35,507 nucleotides of DNA. Origin: Candidatus Fermentibacterota bacterium (GTDB lineage Bacteria; JAFGKV01). Below are positions 28,660 through 35,507 of the stretch, one piece after another. Location of the stretch: contig JAFGKV010000155.1 of assembly GCA_016928395.1 (NCBI GenBank), positions 1 through 35,507 on the forward strand. The letters run 5' to 3'. Position numbers and translations under genes: made by a program. The notes under the pieces are model-generated. The model made no database searches, was not told the DNA's origin, and saw only the letters and a program-made list of their open reading frames with translations. Numbering within the stretch: position 1 is the first letter of the stretch; each line of letters begins with the position of its first letter.

Positions 28660-28849
28660 GTGAATCCCCGGGCCTGCAGCGTCCGGGCGCAGGAGAGACG
28701 GCTCTTCAGCGTGCTGTTGGTCAGGAAGCGCAGCGCCACGCCACGCCCTCGCAGCGCCTCCAGCGTCTGGATGGCGCCATCCGGACGCTGCTTTGGTACA
28801 CCAAGACACCGTCCACATCGAAGATCACGCCTCTGATCGGTCCCGCCAT
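28660..28849 (-). pseudogene. Frameshifted N-terminal fragment of a HAD-IIA hydrolase
   Basis: MAGPIRGVIFDVDGVLVYQ in one frame, PDGAIQTLEALRGRGVALRFLTNSTLKSR in another; GAGGTG RBS. Confidence 0.85.
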
Positions 28850-29063
28850 CTGCCCACCTCATCGTGGTGGTCTGCTACATTCGGAATCGGAGAGAGGTAC
28901 ACAGCACCAAGGCGTGATTCATCCCTCACCCATCCGTCCATCCGTCTCTTCCCCCCTGGAACCCGCCGTACACCCCCGGGTATTATCAAATGCGTCCTCC
29001 ACGCCCGGACACACGACCTCTGATGAGACGAGCCGGGCACGAAGCAACGCCAAACGTGGGAAG

Positions 29064-29089
29064 AGGCACCGTCTGTGCGGTGCCTTTTT
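29064..29089 (+). terminator. Intrinsic terminator-like hairpin 25 nt upstream of the small selenoprotein ORF
   Basis: AGGCACCG-TCTGTG-CGGTGCCT followed by TTTT. Confidence 0.65.
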
Positions 29090-29113
29090 CCTTGGCTTGG
29101 AGACACACACATC

Positions 29114-29290
29114 GTGATCACGAAGCGACTCATTGCCGCCGCGGTCGGCGCGGGGTTAGGCTGGGGATTCAGCTATCTGTCCCGCTGCTCCGGCGGGGTT
29201 TGAGCTCTCACCTCCAACCCCTGGTCAGGGGTTCTGATCGGCGCACTCATCGGATATATGGCGTTCGGCCCACGCCCGCCATCCGACTGA
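29114..29290 (+). CDS. Putative 58-aa membrane selenoprotein, DUF6132-like
   Basis: MITKRLIAAAVGAGLGWGFSYLSRCSGGV-U-ALTSNPWSGVLIGALIGYMAFGPRPPSD; in-frame TGA at 29201-29203; GGAG RBS at 29099-29102. Confidence 0.82.
29216..29233 (+). promoter_or_regulatory. Candidate bacterial SECIS element
   Basis: AACCCCU-GGUC-AGGGGUU, 7-bp perfect stem after a 12-nt spacer from UGA, loop starting with G. Confidence 0.72.
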
Positions 29291-29353
29291 GTTCCCCCAA
29301 TGCGATGGTAGTGCGCCCGCGGCGATTCACCGTCCAGCACCATCCTTGAGAGA

Positions 29354-29375
29354 GCTATTCTAATGTTAGAATAGC
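29354..29375. other. AT-rich palindrome GCTATTCTAA-TG-TTAGAATAGC
   Basis: 10-bp perfect arms; same core as 2897-2918. Confidence 0.75.
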
Positions 29376-29531
29376 CCTCTTCCTGCCATGTCTCCCGGAT
29401 TCAAGGTGCTCCGCCGAACCCATAGGGAGCTTTCCGCTTGCAGGACGACAGCGGAGGCAGTACTATGCAGTCCCCGTCGGCTCAGAGATTCACACTGAGC
29501 ACAACGCGGTCGGCAATGCCGGAGGTTGACG

Positions 29532-31595
29532 ATGCAGCGAAAGCGCCTCAATCGGTCCGACAGCGAGACAGTCGCCGGCGGCACCCAGTCAAGCCCTCCC
29601 TTGGCTGAAGACCTCAGCCTGGCGGCCTCGGACATCCAACACCAGGCACAGATGTACCGAACATTGGTGGAGAACATCAACGATGTCATGTTCTCCTTGG
29701 ACGGCGAAGGGCACATCACCTATGTCAGCCCCGCTATCGACCGTCTAGGAATGTTCACTGTGGCTGAGGCCATGGGCCAGCCCTTCGCACGGTTCATCCA
29801 CCCTGAGGATCTTCAGGGTCTCATGGCGAGTTTCCGACGCACAATTGAAGGCACCCTCGAACCCTACGAGTTCCGGATCATCATAAAGGATGGATCGATT
29901 CGCCATGTGCGCACGTCCAGCCGTCCCTTGTGGGAAGGGCGCAACCTTGTCGGACTCACCGGTCTCTTGACCGATATCACAGAGCAGAAGAAGATCGAAG
30001 AAGAGCTTCAACGTGCCACCGAGGAGCTGGAACGCCGGGTCGAGGAGCGCACCGCAGAACTGCGGGAAGCCAATGAGCGCCTCGTCCGCGAGATCGAAGA
30101 GCGGAGGCGCGCCGATACGACCCTGCGGGAGAGCGAGGACCGGTGGCGGAGGCTGGTGGAGCACAATCCTGCATGCCTTGCGGTTCACCGCGCCGGCAAA
30201 CTGGTGTACGCGAATCCGGCCGGTATCCGGCTGTTGCGCATACCTGATGCGGAGCAGGTCGCAGGAAAGCCGCTCCTGGACTTCGTTCACCCGGACTACC
30301 GGGAACTTGTCCTCCAACGCGTCCGCAGGATGATGGAGGAAGACGTTCCGGCCGAGCCGATGGAGGAGAAGTTCGTGAGGCCCAACGGGGAGGTCATCGA
30401 TGTGGAGGTGACTGCCATTCCCATTACCTATATGGGACAGCGGGCCATCATGACAGTAAGCTGGGACATCACGGAACGGAAGCGTGCGGAGGCGGCACTG
30501 CGGGCCAGCGAGGAGCGCTACCGTCAGTTCTTCGAGATTGATCTGGCCGCGGACTACATCTCGACTCCGGAGGGAATCCTCACCGCATGCAATCCCGCCT
30601 ATGTCCGGATGTTTGGCTTCTCTTCGTACGATGAGGCGATGAGCACCAATGTAGCCCATCTCTATCCATGCCCCGAACAGCGGGTTGAATTCCTGGACCT
30701 CGTCCAATCCCGGCGCACCCTGATGGATCACCGGATGGAACTTCGACGCCTTGACGGTTCGCCGCTCCACGTTGTCGCCAATGTCGCCGGTCGCTTCGAT
30801 GAGGCGGGAAACCTGATCCAGATTCAGGGCTATCTCTTCGATGAGACGCCACGAAAGCTCTTGGAACAACAGTTCCTCCACGCCCAGAAGATGGAAGCCG
30901 TCGGACAGCTCGCGGGCGGAGTGGCCCATGACTTCAACAACATGTTGGGAGTGGTACTGGGTATATCGGATCTGATACTGGAGAAGATGCGGCCGGAGGA
31001 TCCCCTTCTCCAGAAGATCGAGACCATCCGCAATGCCGCCCTACGGTCGGCCGAGGTTGCCCGGCAGCTGCTCGCCTTTGCCCGGAAGCAGACCATCGAA
31101 CCGCGGGTCATCAACCTGAATGAGGTGATCGCGTCGTTTCGTCACATTCTCGAACGGCTCATCGGCGATCGCATTACCTTGAAACTGCGCCTGGCACCGG
31201 ATCTCTGGGATCTCAAGATCGATCCGACCCAGATCGATCAGGTCTTGGCAAACCTGGCCACCAATGCCCGCGACGCCATCGAGGATGCTGGCGAGATCAC
31301 CGTGGAAACCGGGAATATCACGACGGAAGAGGAGTATTGCCGCACCCACATCAATGCACTGCCCGGTGATTTCGTTCAACTGGCCTTCTCTGACAGCGGC
31401 AATGGCATGGACCGCGAGACCATTGGGCGCGTATTCGAGCCGTTCTTCACGACGAAGCCTGTCGGACAGGGAACCGGTCTCGGTCTGTCCACCGTCTATG
31501 GCATCGTGACCCAGAATGGCGGCTTCATCGATGTTTCCTCCGAGCCCGGGCAGGGCACGACCATGGCCCTCTTCTTTCCCCGGTCTGGGAGCTGA
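29532..31595 (+). CDS. Multi-PAS sensor histidine kinase without a receiver domain
   Basis: Three PAS/PAC units; H-box [41 protein letters not shown]. Confidence 0.95.
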   Translation: MQRKRLNRSDSETVAGGTQSSPPLAEDLSLAASDIQHQAQMYRTLVENINDVMFSLDGEGHITYVSPAIDRLGMFTVAEAMGQPFARFIHPEDLQGLMASFRRTIEGTLEPYEFRIIIKDGSIRHVRTSSRPLWEGRNLVGLTGLLTDITEQKKIEEELQRATEELERRVEERTAELREANERLVREIEERRRADTTLRESEDRWRRLVEHNPACLAVHRAGKLVYANPAGIRLLRIPDAEQVAGKPLLDFVHPDYRELVLQRVRRMMEEDVPAEPMEEKFVRPNGEVIDVEVTAIPITYMGQRAIMTVSWDITERKRAEAALRASEERYRQFFEIDLAADYISTPEGILTACNPAYVRMFGFSSYDEAMSTNVAHLYPCPEQRVEFLDLVQSRRTLMDHRMELRRLDGSPLHVVANVAGRFDEAGNLIQIQGYLFDETPRKLLEQQFLHAQKMEAVGQLAGGVAHDFNNMLGVVLGISDLILEKMRPEDPLLQKIETIRNAALRSAEVARQLLAFARKQTIEPRVINLNEVIASFRHILERLIGDRITLKLRLAPDLWDLKIDPTQIDQVLANLATNARDAIEDAGEITVETGNITTEEEYCRTHINALPGDFVQLAFSDSGNGMDRETIGRVFEPFFTTKPVGQGTGLGLSTVYGIVTQNGGFIDVSSEPGQGTTMALFFPRSGS

Positions 31596-31808
31596 TCCAG
31601 GTTGACCACGGAGGGACGGGGGCGTCTCGCTCAGTACATCCACCTTCAATCCTTGACCTTCACCGAGGGAAACCCGGCAAAGTCCGGTGGGTGCTCGCCC
31701 CGTGGTCGGTGACCGTGGAGTCGCTGACCCTGGTTGAGAACATGGGTGCGTACGAGGCCCCGATTGAACCCAGAACCACAAACCCTGCTTCCTGAACAGT
31801 CGCGACCC

Positions 31809-32834
31809 GTGGAACGAACAACAGACTACGACTATCCGCTTCCCGAAGAGCTTGTCGCACAGTTCCCATCAGCAACGCGCGGGAATGACCGCCTCTTGGT
31901 TCTCCAGCGCGCAACGGGTGAGATCGCCCATCACCAGTTCGCTGAATTGCCGGACCTCCTGCATCCCAAAGACCTGCTGGTCATCAACGAATCGCGCGTT
32001 CTGAAGGCACGAATTCTCGGAGCCAAAACCACCGGAGGGAGTGTAGAACTGCTCTTGGTCCGGCGCCTTGAAGCGGGGTGGCTCACCATGGTGCAGGCAC
32101 GCCGCGGCGTACGGCCTGGCATGCGAGTTCAGCTGGGGTCGGGCCGGTATGGTGAGCTGGTCAGTCGCCACGACGAGGGCCTGTGGGAGGTACGATTCCA
32201 GGGATTTTCCTCCGACGATGCCGTGCCGGATGAGGCGGGAGTGGTGCCCCTGCCTCCCTACATCAGGCGATCGGCGCAGTCCATCGACGATACGCGCTAC
32301 CAAACCGTATTCGCCCGAGAACCGGGATCGGTGGCGGCGCCCACCGCCGGGCTGCATTTCACCCCCGAGATCTTCGAGCGGTTGGCCGCTCGCGGCATCG
32401 AAGTCGCGTCGATCACGCTCCATGTCGGCCCGGGAACGTTCCGCCCTGTCAGGACGGAGTTGCTGAGAGACCACCGCATCGATCCCGAGCTCTTCTCCAT
32501 CACCGAAGCTGCTGCCCGCGCCATCCGTGCCGCTACAGATGAGGCAAGGCGGGTGGTGGCGGTGGGCACCACCGTGACCCGCGCCCTGGAAACGGCAGCC
32601 CGGAGCCAATGTGGGTTTGCCCAACAGACCTCCTGGACCGACCTATTCATCCACCCGCCCTTCCGGTTCCACGTAGTACGCGCACTCCTCACCAACTTCC
32701 ATTTGCCCCGCTCCTCGCTCATTGCGCTGGTTGCCACCTTCGCGGGCCGGGAGCCCGTACTCGCCGCCTATGCGGAAGCGGTGAAGGAGCACTACCGCTT
32801 CTACTCCTACGGCGACGCGATGCTGATAGTGTAA
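31809..32834 (+). CDS. queA: S-adenosylmethionine:tRNA ribosyltransferase-isomerase
   Basis: DYDYPLPEELVAQ, PLPPYI, RYQTVFA, GSVAAPTAGLHF, LHVGPGTF, TNFHLP, YRFYSYGDAM. Confidence 0.98.
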   Translation: MERTTDYDYPLPEELVAQFPSATRGNDRLLVLQRATGEIAHHQFAELPDLLHPKDLLVINESRVLKARILGAKTTGGSVELLLVRRLEAGWLTMVQARRGVRPGMRVQLGSGRYGELVSRHDEGLWEVRFQGFSSDDAVPDEAGVVPLPPYIRRSAQSIDDTRYQTVFAREPGSVAAPTAGLHFTPEIFERLAARGIEVASITLHVGPGTFRPVRTELLRDHRIDPELFSITEAAARAIRAATDEARRVVAVGTTVTRALETAARSQCGFAQQTSWTDLFIHPPFRFHVVRALLTNFHLPRSSLIALVATFAGREPVLAAYAEAVKEHYRFYSYGDAMLIV

Positions 32835-33142
32835 CAGGCGGAGCAAAGCACGCTGACCATTCACCACGCGCCCCGAGAAATGGCAGGCCAAAAGCAGCGA
32901 GCATTCACAACGTGAAGGGTTGCCGTCTGTACCGGTTCTTGGATTTTTGGTCTCCGGTCCGCCCGCCCGTGGTCCTGAGCGGGGTCCGTTTGACAGACCG
33001 ATCCTGCCCAAGCTGATTGTCGGTTGGTCATCCGTGGGTGCGAACCGCGGCAGGTGCAGGTGCGTCTTGGAGTGCTCACCGCGTGGTGGGCTTTCGGGAA
33101 ACGACGCCAGAACGGGCCCGGCGCCCGCAGAAGGAGGGGTCC

Positions 33143-33883
33143 ATGAGACCGATCATTGCTGTGTGCAGCGTGCTGGCGATCCTCGCCCCAGGTCAGCTCT
33201 GGGGCAAGGACTGGGCGCTTGAGCTGGAGGGATCATGGTGCGTAACTCATCTGGATGATGAGTTCTACGACCTGGAGGCCACCACCGCGGTGGGCCTCAG
33301 CGCGGCTGCCAACCTGTCGTACGGGAGGGCATACTCCCGTGTCGAGTACGCGCTGAGCTGGTCCTGCCATCCCGATGACCAGCACGGCCTGCAAGTCGAT
33401 CGCGGCGATGCCTTCGTCCTTCTCGGGTATCGGGTCCTGAATGCCCCACAGATCCTGCCGTACTTCGGGTTTCGCCACGTGTCGACCGGCGCAGGTCCCG
33501 GCAATCCCGGCGCGAGCACGCGTGACTCTCGGTATCAGGGCTGCGGCATAGGCCTCCGTGTCGAGAACGCCTCTGGCGAGAAAGGGATTGCGGGATTCGC
33601 CGACGGCTTCCTGCTCCCCTGGGGAAGTTGGGAGAGCGAACGGCACAACTCTTCCGTCATGCCAGGCGAGGGGCCGAGCGAATACTGGGAGGACGACTCG
33701 CCGCGTTGCTACGGCGGGAGTGTTGGCGCATCCTACCAGTTACCTCAGAGCAAGGCATCGCTCGTTGCAGACGTTCGGTTCGTAGTCACACGCCACGAAT
33801 CCGAGGAGCCGGGCACCTTTGATACGCAGCGCTTCGAACAGATCTGGCAGGGAGTCACCCTGGGCTTGAGGTACGAGTTCTAG
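33143..33883 (+). CDS. Probable outer-membrane beta-barrel protein
   Basis: AAGGAGG RBS, signal peptide, alternating beta-strand patterns, C-terminal VTLGLRYEF. Confidence 0.8.
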   Translation: MRPIIAVCSVLAILAPGQLWGKDWALELEGSWCVTHLDDEFYDLEATTAVGLSAAANLSYGRAYSRVEYALSWSCHPDDQHGLQVDRGDAFVLLGYRVLNAPQILPYFGFRHVSTGAGPGNPGASTRDSRYQGCGIGLRVENASGEKGIAGFADGFLLPWGSWESERHNSSVMPGEGPSEYWEDDSPRCYGGSVGASYQLPQSKASLVADVRFVVTRHESEEPGTFDTQRFEQIWQGVTLGLRYEF

Positions 33884-33935
33884 ACACAAGCCGACGACGA
33901 GGAGAAGCACTCAGAGCGGTGAACTGAGGAGGCCG

Positions 33936-34180
33936 ATGCGGGGGATCACAAGACGGATGCCGGCCATAATGCGACGGCTCGTGTGTCTCATGCTAGTTGC
34001 GACTACACTGAACGGCTGCGCCGGCCTGCGCAGTTCGCGCACCTGCACCATCGTGAGTAGTAAGGTGACGGCGAATCACGGCCCACTCTGGTGCTGGACA
34101 TCGTCACGGTCATCGTCTGCGGGCTCGTCGGCGTGGTCGGGAGCGCCCGATCCGGATGGGACCTGTATCACGATCGGCCA
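33936..34180 (+). pseudogene. Possible degraded lipoprotein gene
   Basis: GGAGG RBS, LNGC lipobox; a hydrophobic continuation VLDIVTVIVCGLVGVVG lies in another frame from about 34090. Confidence 0.35.
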
Positions 34181-34479
34181 AGGAGACGACGCCTCGCTAA
34201 CGGGCACGACAGCGCACCCGCCATGTCACGCCGTCTGCGGCCAAGACGGAGCATCGAAGATCCGATACTCGGGGATGTCCCACCTTCGCGGACGGCAGGC
34301 AGCCTCGTTGGTGGGACACGTTCCATCGTGTCCGGTGCCCAATCGCGACTGAAGTCGGCGGAAGACTCGCCCCGTAGAGCCCCGCCTCGCATCGCCTGTC
34401 ACGCTCAATCGTCGGGTGCGTCTTCGGATTCCCACGTTGGCACCCGACTCATTCAGTCAGACCACTGATCTTACAGTCA

Positions 34480-34514
34480 AGAAACGCACAGGGCGAGCCG
34501 TGAGGCCCGCCCTG
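34480..34514 (-). terminator. Probable terminator of the Omp28-like gene
   Basis: Minus-strand hairpin CAGGGCGGGCC-UCAC-GGCUCGCCCUG followed by UGCGUUUCUU, 21 nt after the stop. Confidence 0.55.
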
Positions 34515-34535
34515 GCGGACGATGCGGCGTAAACC

Positions 34536-35507
34536 CTACGGAGTTCCCCCGACCAGACCGAACTCATACTCGGAGACACGGTCTGACTGCCACATGCTCT
34601 GATCTTGGGGGTTCCTGGCGATGACCAGGTAGGTCCAGTTGGCGTCGGGATTATTAATGCCCTCGGCCGTTGACCAGGTGGTGGCCGGCGCCTGTACCAC
34701 CGCGACGCGATTGGAAAACGGCGGCCTGACATCCGGCAGGAAGTGCGGGGCATTCGCCACGCCGAACACCCAGTATTCCGTGGCCATGAACACCGGCGCC
34801 CAGGTGAGCAGGATCTCACCGTTGGCGACCTGCTCAGACAGGGAGTTGGTGACGCCATGCAGCAGAGCGCCCTGATGGATCACCCTGGTCTCGGGGTTTT
34901 GGAAGAAGCCCACGATGGTGCAGGACTTGTTCCTCCACCCCGTGCTCAACGTGAACTCCTGATCGATGACCTCGACGGACTCTCCCGGCGCCAGGGCAAA
35001 ACACGTATTCTCACCGAAGTCAACCTGCACTACCGTGTAGTACAGGTGCGTTTGATTCTGCCAAGTATACGCGGTGTCATCGCCCGTGGCATTGAGGTGA
35101 ATGCACCCGGTCACCTCGTTGTCACTAACATTGGTGACCTTCGCTCTGACCGTGCCGACGCCGTTTCGGGGGCTGTATGACTGGAGTTCGATGGACATGG
35201 CCACCGGACTGTCGATCACCTTTCGTGTATTGAAATAGGGCCAGTAGTTGATGGGATTGGTGTGGTTGCCGCCAAGGTGACGAATAGACCCATCAAACCA
35301 GACTTGAGGCGTTCCGCCGCCACCATAGTACTGGTAACGCGCGTCGCAGCCGGGTACCTCAAAGGGATCGGTACCGTAGGTGTGATACGCGATGGGAGCC
35401 AGGGAGTCACCCACGGCCGTGTGAAGATTGCGCAGGCCCATCACGGAGCCTGGACAGTAGTATCACCCGTTCCCGATGAACTCTTCCGCCACCACCACGC
35501 GCTGAAC
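34536..35507 (-). CDS. Omp28-like thioredoxin-fold selenoprotein candidate (5' end outside the window)
   Basis: VQRVVVAEEFIGNG-U-YYCPGS with TGA at 35465-35463; IAYH, YY...GTPQVWFDG, IVGFFQN...VIHQGA; extra C-terminal domain. Confidence 0.85.
35433..35452 (-). promoter_or_regulatory. Candidate bacterial SECIS element
   Basis: CAGGCUC-CGUGAU-GGGCCUG, 7-bp stem (one G-U) after a 10-nt spacer from UGA, G at second loop position. Confidence 0.68.

Noticed and set aside
29020-29044. Hammerhead ribozyme (CTGATGAG...CGAA)
   Set aside because: Second core reads CGAAG rather than GAAA, and stems II and III and a cleavage triplet cannot be formed convincingly
29745-30929. 394-aa antisense ORF and similar long shadow ORFs (e.g. 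9767-10567, 11934-12842, 22673-23491)
   Set aside because: They overlap well-supported genes on the opposite strand, lack motifs, and are expected in GC-rich DNA
31593-31700. Read-through of the kinase TGA into a receiver domain
   Set aside because: Downstream codons show no receiver motif and the TGA is not at a Cys-like position
29201-35465. Genome-wide UGA reassignment to Trp or Gly as the cause of the in-frame TGAs
   Set aside because: TGA ends several full-length genes here (rhomboid, nitroreductase, alr) and TGG is used for Trp; both read-through TGAs align with Cys positions and have hairpins

Overview
GC-rich bacterial chromosomal segment. The FlgD-Ig/T9SS-like C-terminal domain on a C10 peptidase and the Omp28-like protein suggest an FCB-group anaerobe (Fermentibacteria/Latescibacteria/Eisenbacteria-like; inference only). 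Housekeeping and metabolic genes (alr-cvpA, sahR-like regulator with ahcY, mscS, queA, rhomboid, nitroreductase, flippase, methyltransferases, PAS histidine kinase) are mixed with secreted proteins (C10 peptidase, two paralogous fibre-like Gly-rich proteins with different C-terminal modules, an outer-membrane barrel). The main result is two selenoprotein candidates that the ORF track misses or truncates: a 58-aa DUF6132-like membrane protein (29114-29290, CSGGV-U-ALTSNPW) and an Omp28/thioredoxin-fold protein (U-Y-Y-C at the right edge). Each has a SECIS-like hairpin shortly after the UGA. A 1.7-kb stretch (27.1-28.9 kb) holds several gene relics, including an hgcA-like fragment lacking its cap helix, a truncated hicA, a frameshifted HAD and an orphan C-terminal domain. 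An AT-rich palindrome core occurs twice 26 kb apart, and several intergenic spaces carry a shared family of periodic repeats and GTAG-type REP-like hairpins. No rRNA, tRNA, CRISPR array or transposase was seen.
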